A stretch of DNA of 64,000 nt from an uncultured Chloroflexia bacterium. Its GTDB lineage: Bacteria > Chloroflexota > Chloroflexia > QHBQ01 > JADMIH01. Of this stretch, positions 29,935 to 39,890 are shown piece by piece. The notes under the pieces are model-generated. The model did no database searches. It saw nothing but the letters and a program-made list of their open reading frames with translations, and had not been told where the DNA came from. A program made the position numbers and the translations under genes. Each line of letters starts with the position of its first letter. The stretch's first letter is position 1. The stretch spans positions 736,001 through 800,000 of the forward strand of contig CAWCNY010000002.1 of NCBI GenBank assembly GCA_963797095.1. Reading direction: 5' to 3'.

Positions 29935-31577
29935 AGCCCCTCTGCGCCCGCAATCCAGCGCGGAATGCGCATAGTACGCAGCACCGACCAACTCCTGCGT
30001 AAGTTGCCTGTACCCTCCACAATCGCTATCTCCTCCTCCGTCAACCCGCACAACTGGTACACAAGCTGATCTATCTCTCTGTCCGTCGCGGCTATCTGCG
30101 CCTCCAAAAACCGCTTGTCCTGCGGTATCCTTACCTCTCCAAGCCGCCTGTGCAACTCCAACATCCGCTCAACTAGCCTTACCATCCTGTCGTGCTTCTC
30201 TTTGTCCTTTGGGTCGTTGAAGTCTATCGTGCGGATTGGCAACTGATAAAGTCTGGCAAGTTTGACTTGAGCAAAGACCCGTCCTGCTTCTTGCACCAAG
30301 TTGTGGAGAACCACTTCACATAAGCTGAATTAAGCAGGCCGAGAAGATACTCGAGTCTGTAGTTAGAAGCAGAGGTCGGTAAGATAGCAATGATGCTTCT
30401 CCCAAACCATACCCCTCTATAGTCAATCGTCGCAATAACATGATCAGCAGTCTGTCTTATCCTGCACCGTTATGCCGCCACTGGCCTCCTTGACGATCAC
30501 CTTGCCGAGGAATTGCTCGTAAACCTGTCCTAAAATCTCCACCGGGATCACATCGAACCTGTAAGGGAAAGGAGGGTAGAGGGCCTTGATGATCCTCGCC
30601 AACAAATCATCATCAACAGATAAGCCAGGCGTAAAGGTATCTTCGTCTTCGTGCCTGCCCCTTTCCCGGCTGAAATGGAACAACCCTGAGTTGTACTTTT
30701 TGTCGGCCTTCTTGACCATCTCGACCAGGGCGCGGTAGACATAGCCATCCGGCACCTGGCCGCCGTCGCCCGTCCGGCCCCTGACTGTTGTGCCAAGCAG
30801 CGACTCCCACCGCTCGATCCCCGGGTCCTCGCAAATCCTCAAGAAGATGACCGGTTGATGGTCATTTGCACAGCGTAGTTAAGCTCTCTCTGGCTCAGGC
30901 CGCCGTTGCGCCTGTTGATATCCTTCGCAAGCTCCGCTCTCCAGCCCGAAATCTCCTTCAGGAATACAGCATCAACGGTTTGCGACCCGCCCCTGGGCTT
31001 TGTTTCGGCCAGGCGCGCCAGCGAGCCGGCTTCAACGGCATCTCTGCTCAGCAGCCCCGCGATCTCTCCCACTCTTCGTCATACTGGTCGTATTTGTAGT
31101 AGTGCAAGCGGGCTTTGGCTATGGGGTCGCCATCAGAGGGTTGCACTGTGCAATCGTAGATGGCAAACTCTTGAAAATCGGTGAGGACGCTCACCGCCAG
31201 CCCTGCCGACCAGCCGTAAGACCTGACCTGATAGGCGTGCGCGCCGCTCAATTCCATCGGCTCGGCAGGCTTTTGGCCTCTACGAAGAACTGGCGCTTGC
31301 CGCCGAGCCTGAACGAGTAATCGGGCCTTTTGCCTTTCAGCCTTAGATCGCTCAGGTTATCATCCTCCCTGAGTGTGTCTTCCAGCACCACCTCGTCGTG
31401 CAATTCCCCGGCCCGTCTGCCAGCCGTGACCTCCCACCCAAGCGCCTCAAAGAGCTTGTTGATGAACTGCTCACGCGTGGTAAGCTCGTTCATGCCACGC
31501 ATACCGGCACGCGTGAACTCGCCCTCGCGCTCGCTGAACTCTTGCCCTAGATCAAGGACTGTCTGCGGCGCTCCCAT
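29931..31577 (-). pseudogene. Degraded type IIG (Eco57I-like) restriction-modification gene
   Basis: Fragments in shifting frames: RPDY...FVEAK nuclease, LTDFQEF, YNSGLF, ILGQVYEQFLG, then directly the C-terminal YLLGLLNS/DREIDQLVYQL; the MTase core is absent. Confidence 0.8.
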
Positions 31578-31805
31578 AGGTGCATTCTCCCTTTCATGCA
31601 ATAAAGTCGCCCATTACAAGGCACAATGTAAACCCCAGCTTAATATAAGGTGTGTCGGGTGTCAACACCCGCTTCACCCATCCCTCCATCTTCCAAAACC
31701 CCAAAAGACCATTCGTGCCCTTCGCCAACTCTTCGTATCTTCGTGTACAAGAAAACCCAACTACCCAATCCAAAATCCAAAATCCAAAATCAAAGGACCC
31801 TCACC

Positions 31806-32069
31806 ATACCAACCTACACCAACCTCGACGAAGAAATAGCCAGCCTGCGCCACACCATCCGCCGCACCAACCGCGCCATGCGCCGCAACGATATCGATCC
31901 CGTCAAAGCAGGCCGCCTCATAGCACGCGCCACCACAGCCCTCATCGCCCTACTAAACCTCCAACGCTCCATCGAAGCCGACGAAGAGTTCAAATCCACA
32001 ATGGCCCGCATCCGAGCCGCCAGAGACGCCACTATACCCTCCAACCAACAACAAGAGGGGACACCCTAA
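31806..32069 (+). CDS. Small helical hypothetical protein or remnant (no canonical start codon)
   Basis: LDEEIASLRHTIRR amphipathic helices; AAGGA followed by an in-frame ATA. Confidence 0.35.
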   Translation: MPTYTNLDEEIASLRHTIRRTNRAMRRNDIDPVKAGRLIARATTALIALLNLQRSIEADEEFKSTMARIRAARDATIPSNQQQEGTP

Positions 32070-32123
32070 GGCATCCCCTCCACCAATCAGTCGCTACTCG
32101 TCACTCGTTACTCGTCTTCCGAA

Positions 32124-33791
32124 TTACCGTTCGTGTTCTCCGTACAACATCTGCCGAATAACAAGCACGTCCTGCCTCATCTGGTTATCCGTCTCCACCA
32201 GGCCCTCGATCTTCTCGAACGAGTGCATAGCAGTAGTATGGTCCCTCTTCCCAAAATAAGCCGCGATCTGGATAAACGGAGTCTCCAACTCCTCCCTCAT
32301 CAAATACATCGCCACCTGCCTCGGAACCAGAACCTCCCGGCTCCGCGACCCCGTCTTCAGGTCCTCCGGCTCCAAATTAAAGAAGCTCGAGACCGTCTCC
32401 ACGATCCTCTCGTGCGTAATCGGCCTTCGCCTCTGGCTCGCCCCCAGGTCCGTCAGCGTAGTCGCGGCCAGGTCCACCGTCACGCCTGTCCCGTTCAAAC
32501 TCGCGTAAGCCACGATCCTGTTCAGAGCGCCCTCAAGCTCCCTGATATTGCTCTGCACCTTGCGGGCGATATAATCCACCACCTCGCTCGGAACCCGCAC
32601 CTCCATACTCTCCGCCTTAGCCCGCAGGATCGCGATCCTCGTCTCCAAATCCGGAGGCTGAATATCCGCCGCAAGCCCCCACTCAAACCTCGACCTCAGC
32701 CTCTCCTCCAGCGTCAAAATCGCCTTCGGCGGCCTATCGCTCGTCATCACAACCTGCTTGTTAGCCCCGTGCAGCGCATTGAAAGTATGGAAGAACTCCT
32801 CCTGAGTGCTCTCCTTACCCGCGATGAACTGGATATCGTCCACCAGCAAAATATCCGTATTCCTGTACATACTCCTGAACGTCTCGTTCCGCCCCTCCCT
32901 GATCGCATTGATCAGGTCGTTCGTAAACTTCTCGCTCGTCACATACAGCACCCGGATGCCTGGGTGCCGCCTCATAGCCTCATGCCCGATAGCGTGCAAA
33001 AGGTGCGTCTTCCCAAGCCCCGCCCCCCCGTAAAGGAACAGCGGGTTATACCCAAGCGCGGGCTTCTCGGCCACCGAGCGGCTGGCCGCGTGCGCAAGCT
33101 GGTTGCTCTTGCCCACGATGAACTTATCGAATGTATACTTCGAGTTGAGCATAGTGTTCTCTTCCATGCTCATCTCAAGCTGCACGGCAGGCCGCCCTCC
33201 CGGTCCGCCCCCGCCCCGAATATAAGCGGGAGCCTGCCCGGGCGCTGTGCTCGTCCCACCCCGTGGCATCCCGGTGCTCCCAGGAGCTACCGGCCTGATA
33301 ACATTCGCCGCCCCACCGCCGGCCGCCACCTGTCCGTTCGGCTGGCTCTGCGTCCCAAGCTGACCGTATATATTGATAGGTGTAGGTTCCCCGTGAGTCC
33401 CATGCCCCTGCGGCTGCGTCGTCACCGGCTTCTGCCCTATAGACCCGCCTACCTGCTGGCCGACCGCTATAGGCATCTCCACTTCCTGCTTCTCGCCGAC
33501 CCCATCCAGCGCATGCAAGGCCCTCTGGCTCTCCCCTCGTGCGGGCGTCTTCACCTCGAACCTTACCTCTACCTCGTATCCCAAAATACTCTTCAGCGTC
33601 TCAGCGATCTCCTTGCTGTACCTCTTCTCAAGCCACTCCTTAGCGAAGTTGCTAGGCACAGCGATCGCCACCAGCTTACCCTCATCAAACTGTGCAATAG
33701 AGGTATTCTTCAACCACGTCTGGAAGCTCGGCCCAGGCACCTTTACCTGCAAATCGCCCAACGCCGCTTGCCACAATTGCTTGGCATTCAT
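32124..33791 (-). CDS. dnaA: Chromosomal replication initiator DnaA
   Basis: YNPLFLYGGAGLGKTHL, VDDIQF, QEEFFHTFN, SRFEWGL, NIRELEGAL, RDHTT; GGAGG RBS before ATG 33791. Confidence 0.98.
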   Translation of the reverse strand: MNAKQLWQAALGDLQVKVPGPSFQTWLKNTSIAQFDEGKLVAIAVPSNFAKEWLEKRYSKEIAETLKSILGYEVEVRFEVKTPARGESQRALHALDGVGEKQEVEMPIAVGQQVGGSIGQKPVTTQPQGHGTHGEPTPINIYGQLGTQSQPNGQVAAGGGAANVIRPVAPGSTGMPRGGTSTAPGQAPAYIRGGGGPGGRPAVQLEMSMEENTMLNSKYTFDKFIVGKSNQLAHAASRSVAEKPALGYNPLFLYGGAGLGKTHLLHAIGHEAMRRHPGIRVLYVTSEKFTNDLINAIREGRNETFRSMYRNTDILLVDDIQFIAGKESTQEEFFHTFNALHGANKQVVMTSDRPPKAILTLEERLRSRFEWGLAADIQPPDLETRIAILRAKAESMEVRVPSEVVDYIARKVQSNIRELEGALNRIVAYASLNGTGVTVDLAATTLTDLGASQRRRPITHERIVETVSSFFNLEPEDLKTGSRSREVLVPRQVAMYLMREELETPFIQIAAYFGKRDHTTAMHSFEKIEGLVETDNQMRQDVLVIRQMLYGEHER

Positions 33792-34158
33792 CCGGCCCTC
33801 TCCTCCCGCTCCTGCGTGTTTAGAATGTTCAGATCCTCCCATAAGGAACCTCGCTCCCTCGACACCCGGTACGCGCCACCTCTATCCAAATGTCTCTACC
33901 GGCTAATCACCTCGCTAACACCGCAAAACAAAACACTCTACCAACTACCACTCATCACTCGTCGCGTTCCACCCATCATATCAGCGCTTACCAGCAATTT
34001 CAATAATCTCTCTAAGCGATTTCCATAAGAAGGAGTTATATCATACAAATTCCAGGAGCCTCTACAGGGACTTTTCCACATGGCTAGTGTATAAACTTAT
34101 CCACATTTCCACGCCCCCTGTGCATTCCCTCCTCGACCCTCCGATCCCAAACCGCAGC

Positions 34159-34206
34159 CGTCTACATCTTGTGCCGCCATGAGTAATACAATACCACATC
34201 TAGTGG
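34159..34206. promoter_or_regulatory. Tandem NrdR-like boxes
   Basis: CGTCTACATCTTGTGC (34159-34174) and ATACCACATCTAGTGG (34191-34206), 32 bp apart. Confidence 0.6.
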
Positions 34207-34408
34207 GCTCTTGTCTAGTCCCTAGACATAAGATTCCCACACATTTTCCTCAGTAAATGAGGTCGATGTGGCGCGTACGCCGCTCTATAGATTACTACCA
34301 GGAGAACTAAGGTTATAGCAAGCCAAACGAAGTATAGGGTCTAATTAGGACCTGTTACACTTCGCTGAGTTTTGGGGCCTGTTGAGGGGGCTTTCCCGAA
34401 GCCCCGTT

Positions 34409-34437
34409 AAGATACGCTATCCACACCCAGGAGTCAA
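34409..34437 (-). promoter_or_regulatory. Putative dnaA promoter with a DnaA box in its spacer
   Basis: TTGACT-17-TATCTT on the minus strand; CTATCCACA at 34417-34425 lies within the spacer. Confidence 0.6.
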
Positions 34438-34596
34438 GACTTTTCCACGTTATTTTGGCGAAATCCCCATAACGATTCTGTGCATCCATCCTACCCGTAA
34501 TATTAGCAATACTCGCTAGAACATCCGCTCCAATCTCCCTGCGCCCGCCTACTCTCCCATCACATACACCATCAACCTCCGGTTGAACGTCCTTCC

Positions 34597-36300
34597 CTAA
34601 TCGGCCAACTGCGCCATCGTCCCCTCGACTATCGCTTTCACCGTTTCGTCGTTCAGGGCGAACTTCGCGCCCGCCGCCTCGAATAGTAGAGGCAATGGCT
34701 TCGATCCGCCAAGGGCCAATCCTCTCTTGTATTCCTCGATCGCCTTGCGTTCGTTCTCCAGCGAATTGAGCCAGATCCTCAGCGCCGCCAATTGGGCGAT
34801 CCCGTATTCCACGTAGTAGAACGGCACATCGAACACATGCGGATACTGCCACCCGATCTCGCGGTACTGCTCAAGGCCCGTCCAATCTAGCCCCTGCCTG
34901 AACCTCTCCTCAAGCTCAACCCACTTTTTGCGTCTCGCGGATGCGCTGTGGTCGTCTGCCGTGTATACCCAATGCTGGAATGAGTTGATCATCGCCATGA
35001 ACGGGAAGAAGCGCAGCTTTTCGCGCAATTGGTCTTTCAGCAGCCGTCCTCGTTCCTCTTCGCTATAGAACTCATCGAGATAGGGCCGCGAAAGCAATTC
35101 CATGCTCATCGAGGCCACTTCCGAGAACTCGTGAGTGGTGCTGTGGTAGCTGGGGATGGGGAGTTTTCTGGCCAGATAGTAGTGGAACGAATGGCCTCCC
35201 TCGTGCAGCAGTGTATCGACATCGTCCTTGGTGCCCACCGCGTTCATGAATATGAAGGGCACGCGCGTGTCCGATAGCATATCCATGTAGCCGCCCGGCG
35301 CTTTGCCCGGTCTGTTATCGAGGTCAAGCAGCTTCTGGTCGATCATCTCCCTGAAGTACTGGGCCAATTCGGGGTCGAGCCTGCTGACGATCCGGTAGCA
35401 CCCCTCCTCCAATTCCTCGACCGTCCTGAACGGCTTCATAGGAGGCGCGCCCCTTGGGTCCACTTCGGTATCCCATGGCCGCGGCGCGTCCAGGCCCAAC
35501 TGATCTGCTCGCCTCTCCCAATCTGTTGCTACCACCGGTGTGATATTGCGTGCTATGGCGTCGTGGAATGCCAGGCACTCCTCAGGCGTATAATCGAACC
35601 GCTTCATCTCCTGGAACTTATAGTCGCGGAAGTTCGGGAACCCTGCGTTGTGCGCGATCTTCTGCCGCACCTCGTACATCCTGTCGTACAATTCGTCCAA
35701 TGCCGGAGCGTCTGCCAGCTTGGCGTTCCACCGCGCCCGCCACGCCTCTTCCCTGGTTTCTCTGTCTTGCTCCTCAAGGAAAGGGAGCAACTGCGGTAAC
35801 GTGTATTTCTTCCCCCTGAACTCCGCCTCCTGCGCGCCCACGATTTTGTTGAACTCCTGCTCAAGCCTGCGGTCCTCCTGCATCAGAGGCACATTCTCCT
35901 CGCGGAATAGCTCCACCTCCGACCTGATGTTGCGCAGGTACACAAGGTAATCATCTCCCAGCTTATCTACCGCCGGAGACTCCAGGATCTTCCTCTTGAG
36001 CGCGAAATCTCTCTGCTCCTTGATAGGCAGCACGTCGTCCACGATCTGCAAATAGCGCGCTTCGTAATCCTGGTTGGTAGTGTCCACGGTCATATCGATG
36101 TACGCTACCGAATAGCACTCGTAGAGGACCGCGCTCAACTCCTCCCAATCCAGAATGAAATCCTCCAGTTTCGCCTTCGTACCGACAGATCGCAGCTCAA
36201 GCTCATCGTAAATGCGGTTCAAAGCCTCCGTATCCATAGGGTCAAGCTCCTCAGGCACGAACCTTCGAGGAGCCAGTCGTCGTGCTGTGAAATTAGGCAT
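34597..36300 (-). CDS. M3 family oligoendopeptidase
   Basis: GKAPGGY, LLHEGGH (HExxH), EVASMSME, PFYYVEYG. Confidence 0.93.
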   Translation of the reverse strand: MPNFTARRLAPRRFVPEELDPMDTEALNRIYDELELRSVGTKAKLEDFILDWEELSAVLYECYSVAYIDMTVDTTNQDYEARYLQIVDDVLPIKEQRDFALKRKILESPAVDKLGDDYLVYLRNIRSEVELFREENVPLMQEDRRLEQEFNKIVGAQEAEFRGKKYTLPQLLPFLEEQDRETREEAWRARWNAKLADAPALDELYDRMYEVRQKIAHNAGFPNFRDYKFQEMKRFDYTPEECLAFHDAIARNITPVVATDWERRADQLGLDAPRPWDTEVDPRGAPPMKPFRTVEELEEGCYRIVSRLDPELAQYFREMIDQKLLDLDNRPGKAPGGYMDMLSDTRVPFIFMNAVGTKDDVDTLLHEGGHSFHYYLARKLPIPSYHSTTHEFSEVASMSMELLSRPYLDEFYSEEERGRLLKDQLREKLRFFPFMAMINSFQHWVYTADDHSASARRKKWVELEERFRQGLDWTGLEQYREIGWQYPHVFDVPFYYVEYGIAQLAALRIWLNSLENERKAIEEYKRGLALGGSKPLPLLFEAAGAKFALNDETVKAIVEGTMAQLAD

Positions 36301-36397
36301 TTGTGTTTGTAGTTCCTTTCCAGTGTCAAGCTTACCCTACATTATATATACAGACCCCTCTCCGCCAACAGGGTCGCGGGAAGTATCCTTTATCCCC

Positions 36398-38095
36398 TCA
36401 TACTCTCATCCCCTGCCACTTCCCCCCACGGAACCGCAGATAGAGCAATATCGCTCGCACCGACGCCTCCACGATCAGCGCCATGTAAATACCTACCAAC
36501 CCCAGGCCCAACCCCGGCACACAGGTGCTGGTGAATGGAACGCACACGGCAGGCAGGCCCAGGAACGCCCCCACCGGCAGGCGTATCAGCCACACCGCGC
36601 AACTGGTGACCCACATAGGGTAGCGCACATCGCCTGCACCCCTCAAAGCCCCGCCCAGCACGAACGCTATCGCCAGCATGGGCTGGTACAGCGCGATCAC
36701 CTTCAGGCTGTCTGCTCCCAGCGAGATAAGGCGGGGGTCGTCGGTGAACAGCCTTATCAGCGTATCCCCGAAGAAGAAGAACACCACCCCCATCAATCCC
36801 ATCCATATCACCGCCGAGCGGGTAGCCAGTTGCGCGCCCAACGTAGCCCGCCTGGGACTCTTCGCTCCCAGGCTTTGCCCAACCAGCGTGGTAGCCGCTA
36901 CCGCGAACCCGAACCCCGGCATCTGCGACAGGAACACGGCGTTAAGCGCCAGTCTCGAAGTAGCGAACACCACCTCGCCCAGCCCGATCACCAGCAAGCT
37001 GTAGATCAGGATCCCCAGCGACATGAATAACTGCTCCAGCGCCGATGGCAGTCCGATCTTCATCACCCGCCCGATGGTATCGAAGTTGGGCCGCCACGAT
37101 CCCACACCCAGCACCCTGAGCGTCGATCTTGGCATCAGGAAGACGCCAAGCAGCACCAACGTGCCAATCGTTCGTGCGATCACCGCCGCCCATGCCGACC
37201 CCGCGACGCCTAGCTCAGGTATCCAATCGAGGCCGGGAACGATCACCTGTCCTGAGCCGCCAACTGCGTGAAATATCCCCGTGATCCAGCCGCCCAGGAT
37301 ATCGCTGGCCTTATTGCCACCAAACACCAGCTCCACTGCCAGCACTGCATTGACTACGTTGATCCCGGCGGTCACCATCATAGGCGTGCGCGTGTCGCCC
37401 GCCCCTCGCAACGCCGCCCCTGCCACGAACATCATCACCAGCGGCAGCGCCGAAAAGAGCGTTATCCCCAGGTAGGTAGCTCCCTCGCCCGCCGCCTCGC
37501 TATCCAGGCCAACCAGCGTCATAAGCGGCTGCGCCAGAAACCCAACCGGTATCAACACCAGGCTTGCCGCCACCGACAGCAACAGCGATTGCTTCAGCAC
37601 TGCATTGGCGTTACTCCTCTGTTGCGCGCCGATATAGCGCGCCACCAGCACCGTGGTGCCCATGCTGATGGCGATGAGAGCCGTGGTCAATATCCAGATC
37701 AACTGCTGGGCCGCCCCCACGCCCGACAGAGCCGCCGTTCCAAGCCGCGCCACCACAGCAGTGTCCACGATCCCCAGTAGCGTCTGCAACGCGTTCTCGG
37801 CGATGGCGGGCCACGCCAGCCTGAACACCGTTCGCCCCACCGCGCGCCGCTCGTCTGCTGTCAGTTCGTCCTCATGCTCACCTACCTGAGGCTCCGTGAC
37901 CACAAGCCCATCCGCAATCGTTTCGGCCTGCGCCGCTACCTCTAGCCCCAACACCCCCGGCGCAAACATATCTGCAACTTCTGCCACTTCCAGTGCCGCC
38001 TCTTCCGCGACCACCGAGTTGAGCACGCTCCCGCCCTGCACACTTTGTGGCGCAGGCATCTCCTTTTCAACTTCTCTTTTGACAGTCGAACTCAT
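36398..38095 (-). CDS. MATE family efflux transporter
   Basis: LAWPAIAE, VDTAVVARLG, RGAGDTRTPM, GQSLGA. Confidence 0.92.
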   Translation of the reverse strand: MSSTVKREVEKEMPAPQSVQGGSVLNSVVAEEAALEVAEVADMFAPGVLGLEVAAQAETIADGLVVTEPQVGEHEDELTADERRAVGRTVFRLAWPAIAENALQTLLGIVDTAVVARLGTAALSGVGAAQQLIWILTTALIAISMGTTVLVARYIGAQQRSNANAVLKQSLLLSVAASLVLIPVGFLAQPLMTLVGLDSEAAGEGATYLGITLFSALPLVMMFVAGAALRGAGDTRTPMMVTAGINVVNAVLAVELVFGGNKASDILGGWITGIFHAVGGSGQVIVPGLDWIPELGVAGSAWAAVIARTIGTLVLLGVFLMPRSTLRVLGVGSWRPNFDTIGRVMKIGLPSALEQLFMSLGILIYSLLVIGLGEVVFATSRLALNAVFLSQMPGFGFAVAATTLVGQSLGAKSPRRATLGAQLATRSAVIWMGLMGVVFFFFGDTLIRLFTDDPRLISLGADSLKVIALYQPMLAIAFVLGGALRGAGDVRYPMWVTSCAVWLIRLPVGAFLGLPAVCVPFTSTCVPGLGLGLVGIYMALIVEASVRAILLYLRFRGGKWQGMRV

Positions 38096-38265
38096 CCTTA
38101 TATCCTTAGCCCAAATAGACTTATATCTAATAACTGGCCCATTTTTTAGGGCGGCTAGTCAGCCGCCCGTACTAATTATTAATTGCTTGTTAATTATAGC
38201 ACATCAACCCCATTCAACCACTCTATGCTTTCCCACTCCTCCAGAAAACGAACCAACAAAGAGAT

Positions 38266-38294
38266 TGTCATCCTGAGCGAAGCGAAGGATGACA
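38266..38294. repeat. GTCATCCTGAGC-type REP-like palindrome
   Basis: TGTCATCCTGAGCGAAGCGAAGGATGACA. Confidence 0.55.
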
Positions 38295-38330
38295 GACCGG
38301 ACAGGGCAGCCTTCTGCCATATTTTCGTTA

Positions 38331-39695
38331 TTAACTACCCTGCAACATACTCGCAAGCATCCCGCGCTCCACTGTCTGCTGGTTGGGCGGTGGCACCTTC
38401 AAATTCTTCACCGTCACCGTGCCCGCTGCACGCTCGTCCGGCCCCATCACCAGCGCGAACGGTATCCCCAGCTTATCGGCATACCCGAACTGCTTGCCCA
38501 GCTTATCTCCGACATTGAGGTACACCTCTGAAGGTATACCCTGCTCTCTCAACTCGGTGACAAGCCGCGTGGCGTCCAGCACGCTCTCATGCGTACTATC
38601 GAACACCGTCACGAGCGCACGGCTCGGCGATGCCTGCGGAGTGATCATGCCCAGCGTGGTCATCACGTCAATGATCCTCTCGACCCCGAACGACCCGCCT
38701 GTGGTTGGCAAATTGCGCCCCGCGAACATCCCGATCAGGTTGTCGTATCTTCCACCGCCACCCAGCGACCCGATCTTCGGCTCATCTACCACGATCTCAA
38801 ACACCGCACCCGTATAGTAATCCAGCCCTCGCGCCAGCGTAACATCCACTTGGTAGCGGTCCAACTGCACCCCCATCCCCTCCAGAGCCGACAGGATCTC
38901 GCGCAGATTCTCCAATCCCCGCGTTGCTTCTGCATCATTCGCCAGCGGGCCTGCCAGCTCGGCTAGCAAGGCCGCGTTGTCCGCGAACCCACCCACCTTA
39001 CCGCCACTGGTGAACATCTCAAGCGCACGGCCTGCAGTCACCCTCGACACCCCGTTCTTGACCATTTCCTCAAGCACGCCCTCAGGACCGATCTTGTCCA
39101 GCTTATCCACCGCCCTGTAGATGCTGCCTGCCTGTGCTGCTTCTACACCCGCGCTTCGGGCCAAGCCCGCGAGCAGCGCCCGGTGGTTGATCAGCACCCT
39201 GTATTCCTTGAACCCCAGCCTGTCCATCACCTTCCCATAGATCGACAGCACCTCGGCATCGGCCAGCGGCGAAGCTGTGCCAACGATATCGATATCGCAC
39301 TGGTAGAACTCGCGGTATCGCCCGAACTGGGGGTTCTCGCCCCGCCACACCGGGCTGATCTGGTAGCGTTTCCAGGGTAACTGCAACTCGTTTAGGTGCA
39401 TCCCCACCACGCGCGCCAGAGGCACCGTCAGGTCGAACCTCAGCCCCACCTTCCGCTTGCCCTGGTCCTCGAACCTGTACATCAGGCGCTCGTCCTCGCC
39501 GTACTTCCCTTCAAGCGTGGCTGCGTACTCAAGCGAAGGCGTTTCCAGCGCCGCGAACCCGTGCAACTCGAACACCGACCGCAAAGTGTCCATAACATGC
39601 TGCCGCACAAACATGCCGGTGGGCAGGTGATCCCGAAACCCCTTCAATCTCTGGGCCTCGATACGCTTAGGTTTCTCTTGTTCGTTATTGGACAT
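38331..39695 (-). CDS. hisS: Histidine--tRNA ligase
   Basis: LRFDLTVPLAR, GRYREFYQCDID, ARGLDYYTG, GGGRYD. Confidence 0.97.
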   Translation of the reverse strand: MSNNEQEKPKRIEAQRLKGFRDHLPTGMFVRQHVMDTLRSVFELHGFAALETPSLEYAATLEGKYGEDERLMYRFEDQGKRKVGLRFDLTVPLARVVGMHLNELQLPWKRYQISPVWRGENPQFGRYREFYQCDIDIVGTASPLADAEVLSIYGKVMDRLGFKEYRVLINHRALLAGLARSAGVEAAQAGSIYRAVDKLDKIGPEGVLEEMVKNGVSRVTAGRALEMFTSGGKVGGFADNAALLAELAGPLANDAEATRGLENLREILSALEGMGVQLDRYQVDVTLARGLDYYTGAVFEIVVDEPKIGSLGGGGRYDNLIGMFAGRNLPTTGGSFGVERIIDVMTTLGMITPQASPSRALVTVFDSTHESVLDATRLVTELREQGIPSEVYLNVGDKLGKQFGYADKLGIPFALVMGPDERAAGTVTVKNLKVPPPNQQTVERGMLASMLQGS

Positions 39696-39890
39696 CGCTC
39701 ATCTTCCTCCCCAACTCTATAAGCCTGGACTCCCCTTAATTATATCCTAACCACACCACCACGGTGATAGACATGCAAGGCTGATGCAAAGTCGGTATCG
39801 GACACACCAGGTTTGGTTGCTGTCGCATACCACGGACATTGCTCAAGTGCGGGCGCTACTCGCAGGCGTCCTGCCCATACGCCATCAGCC

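Larger units (their letters stand above)
34072..34449. other. Putative oriC / DnaA-box cluster
   Basis: TTATCCACA 34097-34105; one-mismatch boxes at 34072 (TTTTCCACA), 34086-34094 (reverse, TTATACACT) and 34417 (CTATCCACA); weaker boxes at 34233 and 34441; about 800-bp gene-free region upstream of dnaA. Confidence 0.7.

Noticed and set aside
29931-31577. Multi-gene novel defence operon of small ORFs
   Set aside because: The fragments are consecutive pieces of one type IIG R-M protein
32133-34028. 631-aa plus-strand ORF, and similar long ORFs at 7577-8833, 15332-16600, 23960-25129 and 54576-55577
   Set aside because: Antisense shadows of real genes; low-complexity Pro/His/Arg/Leu translations arising from biased codon usage
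34355-34852. 165-aa minus-strand ORF
   Set aside because: Overlaps the M3 peptidase end and the DnaA-box region; no recognisable motifs
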